From: a virus
Direction: 5' to 3' (one strand)
Virus genome (UHGV): UHGV-1383670
Length of the DNA stretch: 61,667 bases
Below, in pieces: positions 26,682-36,780 of this stretch. How positions within the stretch are numbered: the first letter of the stretch is position 1; each line of letters starts with the position of its first letter. Both the position numbers and the translations under genes were made by a program. A model generated the notes under the pieces. That model was not told the DNA's origin. It saw only the letters and a list, made by a program, of their open reading frames with translations, and made no database searches.

Positions 26682-28313
26682 ATGAACGCTCTTGCGCCGG
26701 TGAAGTCGGTTAAGCCAGGCGACATCCCGCTCGATTTTGTGCCGTCGAACCGCGAAGAGATGGCCGCGTGTCTGTCAGACCCTATCTGGCGCATGTGCAG
26801 CGGCCAGCTGTACAAGATCAAGACCAAGCCGAAGGACGAGAACGGTAACGAGGACGAAGACGCCGAAGCCCTGGTGGTGCCGTTCAAGCCAAACCGCGCC
26901 CAGCGAAAGCTGCTGAACCGGCTGCATAAGCGCAACATCATCCTGAAAGCCCGTCAGCTGGGTTTCACGACGTTCATCGCCATCCTGTTCCTGGATAGTG
27001 CGCTTTTTGCACATAAGACCCGGCCAGTGTCGGCGGCGATCGTGGCGCAGACCGATGACGTGGCGAAGGAGATATTCAGGGACAAGATTAAGTTCGCCTA
27101 TGACGAGCTGCCGCCGGCGCTGCGTGCCGTCATGCCACTGGAGCGCGACCGCGCAGATAAGCTGGAGTTCTCCCATAACGGTAGCTGGGTGCGTGTCTCG
27201 ACCTCATTCCGTGGCGGTACGCTGACACACCTGCATATCTCTGAGTTCGGTAAGATATGCGCGGAGTTCCCGGCGCGCGCGAACGAGGTAGTCACCGGCT
27301 CTATCCCGGCCGCCGAAAAGGGGATGATCTTCATAGAGTCCACCGCCGAAGGGCGCGATGGTCACTTCTTCAAGATGACCCAGCGTGCGCAGAAGGTTGC
27401 CGCCCTGGGCCGTCGCCTCACGAACAAGGAGTTCCGGTTCCACTTCTTCCCCTGGTGGGAGGACATGCAATACCGCATGGATCCGGAGGGCGTGGATATC
27501 TCCGACGCCGAGAACGAATACTTCGACGACGTAGAAGCCAAGATGGGTACGGAGATCGACATCGAGCAACGTGCCTGGTGGATAAGTACCCGCGATAACG
27601 AATACTCCGGCGAAGAGGAGAAGATGTGGCAGGAATACCCATCCACTCCGGAAGAGGCGTTCCAGAAGTCGGCGGTGGGCTGCTACTATACTGTGCAGAT
27701 GACGAAGGTGCGCAAAGAGAAGCGCATCACGACGGTACCGTACACGCCTGGCTATCCGGTCAACACGTTTTGGGACATCGGCAACAGCGACGGGACCGCG
27801 ATATGGTTCCACCAGCAGATTGGCCAGCGGCACAACTTCATCAAGTTCATGGAAGGCTGGGGCGAGCCGTACAGCCATTTCGTGAGCAGGATGCAGAAGC
27901 TGGGTTACGTGTGGGGGCGCCACTATCTCCCGCACGACGGCAACCACGAACGCCAGGGCGAAACCAGCAACCACTCACCGAAGGAAATGCTGGAACGCCT
28001 GGGGCTGAGGAACGTCGAGATCGTAGAGCGCGTCTCCGAGCTGCAGCACGGCATCCAGATAACGCGTGATATGCTGGCGACGGCCTGGTTCGATGCAGAG
28101 GGCTGCAAAGAGGGTATCGACCACCTCGACAGCTACAAGAAGTCCTGGAACGAGCGCCTGGGCTGCTTCTCCGATACGCCGTTGAAGGACGTACACACGG
28201 AAGGGGCCGACTCCTTCCGGCAGTGGGCGCAGGTCTATGGCCAACCACACAACCCGGGCAACCGGGCAAAACGCCCGTCGAAACGTCGTAACAGATCACC
28301 GATGGCCACATGA
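26682..28313 (+). CDS. Terminase large subunit (deviant RQLG(K)T Walker A, T4 gp17-like)
   Basis: KARQLGFTTF P-loop-like motif. C-terminal nuclease-domain-like region. GGAGGTG RBS. Synteny. Confidence 0.75.
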   Translation: MNALAPVKSVKPGDIPLDFVPSNREEMAACLSDPIWRMCSGQLYKIKTKPKDENGNEDEDAEALVVPFKPNRAQRKLLNRLHKRNIILKARQLGFTTFIAILFLDSALFAHKTRPVSAAIVAQTDDVAKEIFRDKIKFAYDELPPALRAVMPLERDRADKLEFSHNGSWVRVSTSFRGGTLTHLHISEFGKICAEFPARANEVVTGSIPAAEKGMIFIESTAEGRDGHFFKMTQRAQKVAALGRRLTNKEFRFHFFPWWEDMQYRMDPEGVDISDAENEYFDDVEAKMGTEIDIEQRAWWISTRDNEYSGEEEKMWQEYPSTPEEAFQKSAVGCYYTVQMTKVRKEKRITTVPYTPGYPVNTFWDIGNSDGTAIWFHQQIGQRHNFIKFMEGWGEPYSHFVSRMQKLGYVWGRHYLPHDGNHERQGETSNHSPKEMLERLGLRNVEIVERVSELQHGIQITRDMLATAWFDAEGCKEGIDHLDSYKKSWNERLGCFSDTPLKDVHTEGADSFRQWAQVYGQPHNPGNRAKRPSKRRNRSPMAT

Positions 28314-28392
28314 CGACGGGAAAGGTTTTTCGTGCTCTCAGTGTTGCTAATCTGGCAACATATGGGGCAATAAAGCAACGCAGGGGAATCAC

Positions 28393-28833
28393 ATGAGTCA
28401 TTTGATTAGGCATGCACTGGACCTGACGCAGAGCCATTTTTGCAAAGCACGCGGGGATCTGACGCTCTACGGCACCTGGTTCGGTGACAAGCGCCGGCCG
28501 TGCCTCGTTGTCGTTCCCACGTTCCGCCAGAACTATCTGACCTGCAAGCCGCTGGTCGTCTGCATTGACGACGCCTGGAAGTGGAACCCGGACGACCCTG
28601 ACGCGATGCCGGAAATCAATGCGCTTATGGTGCAGAGCTTCCTCGACCAGAACGGCTTCGACATGACGAACACCTTCACCATGATGCGTGTCGTCTCCTT
28701 CATCCATGACCACCTTGGCGACCTGCTGCGCATCCCACCGAAGCCGGTGAGTGAGATCGTCGTTGCCGATGCGGTCCAGACCGACCACGCGACAGGGAAA
28801 GTCACAACCCGGGAGATTATCGACCGTGTTTGA
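28393..28833 (+). CDS. Hypothetical protein between terL and portal
   Basis: ORF preceded by the palindrome GTTGC-TAATCTG-GCAAC at 28346-28362. Confidence 0.45.
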   Translation: MSHLIRHALDLTQSHFCKARGDLTLYGTWFGDKRRPCLVVVPTFRQNYLTCKPLVVCIDDAWKWNPDDPDAMPEINALMVQSFLDQNGFDMTNTFTMMRVVSFIHDHLGDLLRIPPKPVSEIVVADAVQTDHATGKVTTREIIDRV

Positions 28834-28856
28834 TGACGACGAAAAACAAAGCGGCA

Positions 28857-31165
28857 TGGACTTTCAGCAGGGGAGACTGGACACCAGCGACCCCTGGACC
28901 CGAATGCCGAAGTCCGAAGACGGGAGCAGCGGCAAGAAGCAACACCCGCTCGACAGCCTGCCGATGGAGACGCGTTTCCGGCGCCTTCTCAGCCTGTACG
29001 AGGATGAGCTGGACCGCCAGGGCGAGAACCGGGCGCAGATGGCGCTCGATGAAGACTTCTACGACAGCATACAGTGGCGCGAGGAAGATGCGGCCGCCCT
29101 CCGCGAACGCGGGCAGATGCCGCTGGTCTACAACGTCATCAGCACCACGGTTAACTGGATCACCGGTTCCGAGAAGCGCGGACGCACGGACTACAAAATC
29201 CTCCCGCGCCGTAAGGATGCCGGCAAGCCTGCAGAGCGCAAAACGCAGCTCATGAAGTACCTGAGCGACGTGAACCGGACGCCGTTCCATCGCTCCCAGG
29301 CATTCGAAGACCAGGTGAAGGTCGGTATCGGCTGGCTGGAAATCGGCGTGCAGGAAGGTGACGACGGCGAGCCGGTCTACGTCCGCTACGAGTCCTGGCG
29401 CAATATCCTGTGGGATAGCGCCTGTACCGAGAAAGACCTGAAAGACTGCCGCTACATCTTCCGCACCAAGTGGGTGGACCTCGATATCGCCATAGCCATG
29501 TTCCCCGATCGCAAGGGGCTGCTGGAGAGCGATGCATCGGCTAACCAGAGCTATGGCCTGGATACCCAGGGCGATGAAGCGATGGACAGCCAGGAAGATG
29601 CACTGGAGGGGTACAGCTCGACCCGCACGAACCTGGGCGCCCACCGCCGCCCTCGCGTTCGCCTCATTGAGTGCTGGCACAGGTACCCGCAAGACCTGAT
29701 GCGCATGAAAGGCGGCGACTTCGCCGGCGAAATTTATGACCCGGCTGATCCGGCGCCAGGCCACCAGGCGGATATCGAGGCCGGTCGCGGTACTCCGGTT
29801 CCGCGCCAGAAGGCCATGCGTATGCAGGTCAGCATCTTCTGCCCGTCCGGCATGCTGTACAACGATGTCAGCCCGTACCGCCACAATGACTTCCCGTTCA
29901 CCCCGTTCTGGTGCTACCGGCGCGGCCGCGACAAGCTCCCGTATGGTGTTATCCGTGGCCTCCGCGACATGCAGGAGGACATCAACAAGCGTGCGAGCAA
30001 AGCGCTCTACATCCTCTCTACGAACAAGGTGATCGTGGACGAGGGTGCGGTAGACGACCCTGAGGAGCTGCGCGAAGAGGTGAGCCGTCCGGATGCCTTT
30101 ATCGTGAAGAAGAAAGGCTACGAAATTCAGCTCAACGCCGAGCGCGAGCTGGCTGCTGCGCATCTGGATATGATGAGTCGCAGCATGATGATGATCCAGA
30201 GCGTGTCCGGCGTCACCGATGAGAACCTGGGGCGCCAGACCAATGCCACCAGCGGCAAGGCAATCACCGCCCGCCAGGAGCAGGGCAGTCTCGCTACTGC
30301 CGGCATCTTCGACAACCTGCGCCTGGCCGTGCAGGTGCATGGTGAGAAGGAGCTGAGCTGCATCGAGCAGTTCTTTACCGAGCGCAAGCAGTTCCGCATC
30401 ACCAACATGCGCGGTACCCCGCAGTACATCGATATCAACGACGGTCTGCCGGAAAACGATATCATCCGCTCAAAGGCGGATTTCGTCATTTCCGAGGCCG
30501 ACTGGCGCAACAGCGTACGCCAGGCACAGACAGATGAGCTGTTCGCCCTGCTGCAGCAGCTGGCACCAGTGGCGCCGCAGGTTGCCATGGTCATGCTCGA
30601 CCTGATTGTCGAAGATATGGACATCGCGAGCCGTGACGAGCTGGTGAAGCGTATTCGCCAGGTGACAGGTATGCGCGATCCGGACGCCGAAGAGCCGACC
30701 CCGGAAGAAGTGGCAGCAGAGCAGGCCAAGCAGAAGCAGGCCCAGCTGCAGGAGCGCGCCGTTATGGCCGATATCGCGGCGAAGGAGGCGAAAGCCAACC
30801 GCGACAACGTTGCCGCCGGCAAAGACCAGGCCGCTATCCAGAAAATCCTGTCCGAGCTGGCAGGTCAGAACGTTCAGACCCAGCTTGCCGCGCTGCAAGC
30901 CGCCATTACCGCACTGCAGGCGCCAGGCGCAGTGCCGGTAGCCGATGGCATGCTGCATGAGGCCGGGTTTGTCTCACGCACCGAAGGAGAGGAGACGCAG
31001 CGCCAGGAGGCTATTCAGCAGTCGGAGGCCGAACAGGCCGCCTTACAGCAGCAGCAACAGCAGCAGGCGATGGCCGAAGAAGAGGCCGCCCGCCAGCAGC
31101 AGGAGCAGCAACAGCAGGATCCAGCCCAGGGCATGGGCCTGCCGCAACCAACCCAACCACAATGA
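28857..31165 (+). CDS. Portal protein (large, with a Gln-rich C-terminal barrel-like tail)
   Basis: Size, and position after terL and before scaffold. C-terminus QQQQQQAMAEEEAARQQQEQQQQ. Possible alternative GTG start at 28829. Confidence 0.65.
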
Positions 31166-31177
31166 CGAGGATTGACC

Positions 31178-32110
31178 ATGAGTGACCGCGATTTGACTCC
31201 AGAAGAACTGGCCATGCTGACACCTGCAGAGCGCGCAGGCCTGGAAGATGACGACGACGGCGACGATAACGAAGAGGTTATCGAAGACGAAGAGCTGAGC
31301 GCAGAAGCAAAAGCGGCAGCGGAAGGCGAAGGGGAAGACGAAACCCCACCAGCCAAACAGGACGAAGGGCAGCCTGGCGCCAAGCAGGAAGCCGAAGGCG
31401 AAGACGAGCAGGGCGCACAGCAGCAGGAGACGACCCAGGCCGCGCAGCCGGTTCCCCTGTTCAAGGCTGACCTTCCGGAGGACATCGACGCCAAGTTTAA
31501 GGACATCGACAGCCGCGAAGAGGCGCTGATCGAGAAGTTCGAAGACGGCGACCTGACCACCCGCGAATACAACGCGGAGCTGCGCAAGCTCAACAAAGAG
31601 CGTTCTGACCTGGAATGGCTGCAGCGCAAGGCTGAACTCTCCCAGGAGTCAAGCCAGACCCAGCGCGAGCAGCAGTGGTACAACGATGTTGGCTCTTTCG
31701 TGAAGACGCACCCGCTCATCGAGAAGAACGAGACGATGTGGAACAGCTTTGACGCCGTTCTGCGCAAGGTGACGGCCACGACGATCGCCGCCGGCGGATG
31801 GCCAGGACAGGCCGACATCGAGAAGGCCTATAAGCAGTGGTCCGAAGACCTGGGGATCTCGACCGATACGCCAGCACCGAAGCCGGCGCCTGCAGCTGAG
31901 AAGAAAGAGACGCCAGCACCGGCCGCCGCGAAGAAGGAACTCAAGGTTCCGCCGACGCTGGCCAACGTGCCGGCTGCGTCTCATGAAGACACGGACGACG
32001 GCAAGTATGCGCACCTTGACCGTCTGGCTGATGAAGACCCGCTGGCATACGAGGAGGCGATTAAGAAGCTCTCCCCGGGTGAGTGGGAAGAGTATTCGCA
32101 GTCTCGATAA
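31178..32110 (+). CDS. Scaffolding protein (highly acidic)
   Basis: Asp/Glu-rich, helical, and sited between portal and capsid genes. Confidence 0.55.
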   Translation: MSDRDLTPEELAMLTPAERAGLEDDDDGDDNEEVIEDEELSAEAKAAAEGEGEDETPPAKQDEGQPGAKQEAEGEDEQGAQQQETTQAAQPVPLFKADLPEDIDAKFKDIDSREEALIEKFEDGDLTTREYNAELRKLNKERSDLEWLQRKAELSQESSQTQREQQWYNDVGSFVKTHPLIEKNETMWNSFDAVLRKVTATTIAAGGWPGQADIEKAYKQWSEDLGISTDTPAPKPAPAAEKKETPAPAAAKKELKVPPTLANVPAASHEDTDDGKYAHLDRLADEDPLAYEEAIKKLSPGEWEEYSQSR

Positions 32111-32122
32111 GGGGAAAGGACG

Positions 32123-32305
32123 ATGATACAGCACAACCTGCGCCTGGGCGAAGAGCTGCGAATTGGTGACACCGTAGTACGCATGGTGAAGAAATCCGGG
32201 CAGGTTGCTGCCCTTGTTATCGACGCTCCGCCAGAAGTGAAGATCGTTATTTCCAAAGACCGGGAGGATAGCCAGAAGCCACGAAATCCATTAACCACGT
32301 CTTGA
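32123..32305 (+). CDS. CsrA-like RNA-binding protein homolog
   Basis: MIQHNLRLGEELRIGDTVVRMV..GQVAALVIDAPPEVKIV aligns with CsrA [48 protein letters not shown]. Confidence 0.5.
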   Translation: MIQHNLRLGEELRIGDTVVRMVKKSGQVAALVIDAPPEVKIVISKDREDSQKPRNPLTTS

Positions 32306-32403
32306 GTGTTTGCATTTCAGCAACACTCAATCGATAATCACAACGAGCGCTGCGTATGACGTGCGGCTTCCAGGTATCCCGCACGCATTGAGGGCAAGCG
32401 CAT

Positions 32404-33507
32404 ATGGGCCAAACAACTATTCCCTTCGGTGATCCGAAGGCCCAAAAACGGTGGTCCGGTAAGCTCTTCGTGGAGACCATCGCGAAGAGCTACTGGGAAC
32501 GTTTCATCGGAACGTCCACCAATTCCGTAATCCAGCGCAAAACTGAGCTGGAATCCGACGCGGGCGACCGCATCTCCTTCGACCTGTCTGTCATGCTTCG
32601 TGGCGGCCCGACTACGGGTGACGCGCGACTGAAAGGCAATGAAGAAGCTCTGAAATTCTTCACCGATGAAGTCATCATCGACCAGATCCGTAAATCGGTA
32701 TCGGCCGGCGGTAAGATGACCCGTAAGCGTACCGCGCATGACCTGCGCCAGGTCGCTAAGGATCGTCTGTCCGACTGGTGGGCGGAGTACATCGACCAGA
32801 TGTTCTTCATCTACATGTCCGGTTCTCGCGGCATCAACGAAGACTTCCAGGCCTTCCCGCTCGACTACGCTGGCCACGCCGGCAACGAGCTGCGCCAGCC
32901 GGACGGTCAGCACATCCTGTTTGGTGGTGACGCCACCAGCAAAGCCACCATCACCGCCGACGATACCATGTCCCGCATGGTCATCGAGCGCGCCGTGACC
33001 AAGGCACGCATGATGCGTTCTCGCGACCCGAAAAACGCCAACCTGCTGCCGATCAAAATCAACGGCGAAAAACACTACGTCGTGGTGATGTCGCCGTACC
33101 AGGAGCACGACCTGCGCTCCGAAGTGGGCGAACGTGGCTGGCTGGAAGTTCAGAAAGCTGCAGCTGCCGCAGAAGGTAAGAACAACCCTATCTTCAAAGG
33201 CGGCCTGGGCATGATCAACAACGTCGTGCTGCACAGCCATGAGCACTCTATCCGCTTCAACGACTATGGCGCTGGCCAGAACGTGAGCGCGGGGCGTGCG
33301 CTGTTCATGGGTACCCAGGCGGGCGTGGTTGCATACGGCACTGCCGGCGGTCTGCGCTTCACCTGGAAAGAGGAAGTGGACGACTACGGTAACGAGCCGT
33401 CCGTCGCAGCCGGTACCATCATCGGCGTGTCCAAAACCCGCTTCAACAAACGTGATTTCGGCGTGGTGGCTATCGACACCGCTGCTGCAGATCCGAACGC
33501 CGCATAA
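32404..33507 (+). CDS. Major capsid protein
   Basis: 367 aa, downstream of the scaffold gene. Gly-rich. Synteny. Confidence 0.6.
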   Translation: MGQTTIPFGDPKAQKRWSGKLFVETIAKSYWERFIGTSTNSVIQRKTELESDAGDRISFDLSVMLRGGPTTGDARLKGNEEALKFFTDEVIIDQIRKSVSAGGKMTRKRTAHDLRQVAKDRLSDWWAEYIDQMFFIYMSGSRGINEDFQAFPLDYAGHAGNELRQPDGQHILFGGDATSKATITADDTMSRMVIERAVTKARMMRSRDPKNANLLPIKINGEKHYVVVMSPYQEHDLRSEVGERGWLEVQKAAAAAEGKNNPIFKGGLGMINNVVLHSHEHSIRFNDYGAGQNVSAGRALFMGTQAGVVAYGTAGGLRFTWKEEVDDYGNEPSVAAGTIIGVSKTRFNKRDFGVVAIDTAAADPNAA

Positions 33508-33519
33508 GGGGGCAGCACG

Positions 33520-33975
33520 ATGGCTCTGATTCAATCCGATTGGGCGAAAGGCCTCAAACCCGTAGCCCGTCCGCAGACCGCGTGGACCGTCCACGCGCAG
33601 CTGTTCATCGTCGATGTGCCGGCAGCGGGCTTCGCTACCGGCGACATCCTGGAGCTGGCCGTTCTCCCGCCGTACGCCCGCATTGTGGGCGCGCAGCTGG
33701 TGACGGTTGGCAGCCTGGGCGCCGCGACCGTGGACGTTGGTCTGATGTCCGGTACCACCGGTGAGCTGACCAACGACGACAACAGCGCCCGTACCTCCGG
33801 GAATGAGCTGTTTGCCGCTGCAGCGCTGACCGCTGAGCTGACCTTTATCAGCAAGGCGGCCGCCCTGCTGCTCGCGCCGGCCGAGAAAGACCGCTCCATC
33901 GGCGTGAAGTTCAGCGCCGCTGTTGCGGCCGGCGCCGGCAAGAAGATCGGCCTGCTGCTGCAGTTCGCTCAGTAA
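33520..33975 (+). CDS. Hypothetical head protein (decoration candidate)
   Basis: Ala/Gly-rich 151-aa ORF right after the capsid gene. Confidence 0.4.
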   Translation: MALIQSDWAKGLKPVARPQTAWTVHAQLFIVDVPAAGFATGDILELAVLPPYARIVGAQLVTVGSLGAATVDVGLMSGTTGELTNDDNSARTSGNELFAAAALTAELTFISKAAALLLAPAEKDRSIGVKFSAAVAAGAGKKIGLLLQFAQ

Positions 33976-34027
33976 GGATTAGGGGCGGATGCCCCTTTTC
34001 CTTTTCCCCCATCACCGAGGTATCCGC

Positions 34028-34687
34028 ATGAAGATTGAAAGTATCATTCAGCGCAAGAACGGCACCCGCGTTACGCTCGATGCGCCGACCCGTCATTACC
34101 ATTTCAAGCCTACCGAAACCGATCCGCGCCACCTGGCCGAAGTCACCGAAGCCTCGCACATCGCTATGCTGCTGCGCATTCGGGACGGTTATCGCGCCGT
34201 AGAAGGCGAAGAGCTGCCGGAAGACACCACCGACACCAGCAAAGACGCATTCACGCGCGAGCTGAAAGGCAGCTCCGTTCACAACGCCACCTACACCATC
34301 AAGGGCGGTGACACTATCGAGCTGGACGACCTGGTAGGCATGGCGTTCGAAGATAGCGGCCTGTCCGAAGACGACTGGAACGACCTGGCCGACCAGGAGC
34401 GCTACGAGTTTATCGATCGCACCCTGTCCGAGCTGGTTGACCCGCCGGAAGAGGGCGCCACCCAGGAAACTCCGCCGGCGCCGGCCGCAGATGCACCGAC
34501 CGACGACGCCAAGACTCCACCGACTAGCGCCACCAGCGCCAGTGAAGGTGATGGCGAGGGCGAGGGCGAAGAGCCGGAAGAGCTGAGCCGCGAAGAGTGG
34601 GCCGCGAAGTACAAAGCCCTCTACGGCCGTAACCCGAACAAAAATCTGACCGTCGCGCAGATCAAGCGCGCTGTCGTAGACGCGTAA
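34028..34687 (+). CDS. Acidic structural protein with a Rho_N-like C-terminal helix
   Basis: ATG with RBS. DE-rich. C-terminal NLTVAQIKRAV. Confidence 0.45.
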   Translation: MKIESIIQRKNGTRVTLDAPTRHYHFKPTETDPRHLAEVTEASHIAMLLRIRDGYRAVEGEELPEDTTDTSKDAFTRELKGSSVHNATYTIKGGDTIELDDLVGMAFEDSGLSEDDWNDLADQERYEFIDRTLSELVDPPEEGATQETPPAPAADAPTDDAKTPPTSATSASEGDGEGEGEEPEELSREEWAAKYKALYGRNPNKNLTVAQIKRAVVDA

Positions 34688-34696
34688 GGGGGCGCC

Positions 34697-35428
34697 ATGG
34701 CTATTCAGGCATGCAAAGTCATTTCGGCGGCCGGACTTGTTCGGCTCAACGCCATGGTAGCGGATGCCGTCGCCCAGGGGTTTGCACCTCACGGTGACAT
34801 CATGCCGGTAGCCGATGGCGAACTCGTTCTCATCATGGTCAAGAGGGACACCGGCATTGATGGCTGCACGGTCATCAGCGCCGATGGTCTGATCCGCCTC
34901 AGTATGCTGCTGGCCGATGCCGTCGTGGACGGCTTCTCACCGCATGGTGACATTATCACGCTGCCGAGCGGCGATTACGTCATGGTGCTGGTGAAGGGTG
35001 GCGATAGCGGCGGCGGTACTGGCGATATCACCAGCGCGCAAATCTCCGATGCCACCACCGTAGGTAAATCCGTTCTGACCGCTGCAGACGCAGCTGCAGC
35101 ACGTACCGCGATCGGTGCCGGCACGTCTAACCTGGCCATTGGTACCACCAGCACCACCGCTAAAGCGGGCAACTATGCGCCGACCTGGGCGGAAGTGACC
35201 GGCAAGCCTGCAGTAATCGGCGCCGGCGCCGATGCAGCTGCTGCGCGTGCGGCCATTGGTGCGGGTATCGGCAACTCGAACCTGGTGATCGGCACCACCG
35301 CGACCCAGGCGAAGGCCGGTAACTGGAAGCCGGTTGTGGCTGATATCACCGACTCCGGAGATTTCGGCCGCCAGCTGCTGCAGTGCGCCGACCAGGCTGC
35401 AGCCAAAACGCTGCTGGGGATCGCATGA
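34697..35428 (+). CDS. Structural protein with tandemly duplicated N-terminal domains
   Basis: Residues ~8-60 and ~65-115 are paralogous (ISA(A/D)GL(V/I)RL.M..ADAV..GF.PHGDI...). A further AAAARTAIGAG / AAAARAAIGAG repeat follows. Confidence 0.5.
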   Translation: MAIQACKVISAAGLVRLNAMVADAVAQGFAPHGDIMPVADGELVLIMVKRDTGIDGCTVISADGLIRLSMLLADAVVDGFSPHGDIITLPSGDYVMVLVKGGDSGGGTGDITSAQISDATTVGKSVLTAADAAAARTAIGAGTSNLAIGTTSTTAKAGNYAPTWAEVTGKPAVIGAGADAAAARAAIGAGIGNSNLVIGTTATQAKAGNWKPVVADITDSGDFGRQLLQCADQAAAKTLLGIA

Positions 35429-36144
35429 TGACGGCGAAAGACCTGCTGGAGCGCGCCGGTATTATCCTGGTGGATGAGGGCTTCGTCCGCTGGGAAACGT
35501 CAGAGCTGGCGAAGTGGCTCAACGATGGTCTGCTGGCCATCGTGACGCAGAAGCCCAGCGCCACCGCCACCACGGTAACACTGCCGCTGGTGGAGGGTAC
35601 GCTGCAGCAGCTTCCGCCTGCGTACAACAGCATCCTGCGCCCGGTGCGCAACGTGCGCGGTGAGAAGTCCGACCGCAACCCGCGCAAGATCCTGACCGTC
35701 GTCGGCGTCGAGACTATCAACGCCCTCAAGCCAGACTGGCACGACAATTACAGCGTCCAGTACGCGCAGCAGGCGAAGCATTTTATCTTTGATGAGGCTA
35801 ACCCGCGCGCGTTCTACGTCTACCCGGGAAACGACGGCACTGGCTACATCGAGGCGGTGCTGTCCGCTATGCCGCAGCTGGTGGAGCCGACCGGCGACCC
35901 GCTGGACCTGGCGAGCTACGACGTGCCGATCGGCATCACCGACATCTATTTCAACGCACTGCTCTATTTCGTTCTGCACCGCGCCTACGCCAAAGACGCG
36001 CAGGTGGCCGGCGCCGCTGCGCGCTCCGCTGCCTGGTATCAGCAGTATGCGAACGAGCTGGGCATTCAAGTCACCGTCGAAACGAACATGTCCCCGAACG
36101 TCAAACAGGGCGTGGGTAGCGGCGCTGTGGGGGTAACACAATGA
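35425..36144 (+). CDS. Structural protein (head-tail connector candidate)
   Basis: ATGA overlap. 240-aa ORF. Confidence 0.45.
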   Translation: MMTAKDLLERAGIILVDEGFVRWETSELAKWLNDGLLAIVTQKPSATATTVTLPLVEGTLQQLPPAYNSILRPVRNVRGEKSDRNPRKILTVVGVETINALKPDWHDNYSVQYAQQAKHFIFDEANPRAFYVYPGNDGTGYIEAVLSAMPQLVEPTGDPLDLASYDVPIGITDIYFNALLYFVLHRAYAKDAQVAGAAARSAAWYQQYANELGIQVTVETNMSPNVKQGVGSGAVGVTQ

Positions 36145-36764
36145 TGCACGGCATGCCCGAAACCCGGGAAATTGAGACGCTGTATCCGAAGGTGCTGCAG
36201 TACGCACCTGGCTGTCCGGAGCCTACAGCGATCGAGCATCTGCGTGATGCGGCCGTTCAGCTCTGCAAGAGTACGCGCTGCTGGCGAGATATGGACGAGT
36301 TCGAGACGGAAGGCCTTGGCCCGGAGGAAATCCCGGGTATCCAGCCTTATGCCGCGCTCTTCGAGATCGAGAAGGCCTGGTACAACGACCATGAGCTGGA
36401 GCGGAAGGGCTTCGGCTATGACATGCTGTTCCACGATGCCGGCGAACCCCGTTACATCACCCAGGTAGGGCCGAACAGCGTCATGCTGGATCCGGCCGGC
36501 GCCGGCACGCTCAAAATCTCGATGTTCCTAATGCCGTCTGAGAACGCCGAGACGCTACCGCTGTTCTTCTTTGACCAGTTCCCCCGCGCCCTGGCGGATG
36601 GTGCGCTTGGTACGCTGCTGTTGCTGCCGAACCAGCCCTTCACCAATCCCCAGCTTGGCGTGGTCTTCGCGAACAAGTTCCAGGCTGTCCTGGACCGGAA
36701 TTTCGCTTTCAACATGCGAGGGCAGCAGCGTGCCAGAAAGCGCACCAAACCCAACTACTTCTGA
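36141..36764 (+). CDS. Structural protein
   Basis: ATGA overlap. 207-aa ORF. Confidence 0.45.
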   Translation: MMHGMPETREIETLYPKVLQYAPGCPEPTAIEHLRDAAVQLCKSTRCWRDMDEFETEGLGPEEIPGIQPYAALFEIEKAWYNDHELERKGFGYDMLFHDAGEPRYITQVGPNSVMLDPAGAGTLKISMFLMPSENAETLPLFFFDQFPRALADGALGTLLLLPNQPFTNPQLGVVFANKFQAVLDRNFAFNMRGQQRARKRTKPNYF

Positions 36765-36780
36765 GTACCAGGGCCGCCCG

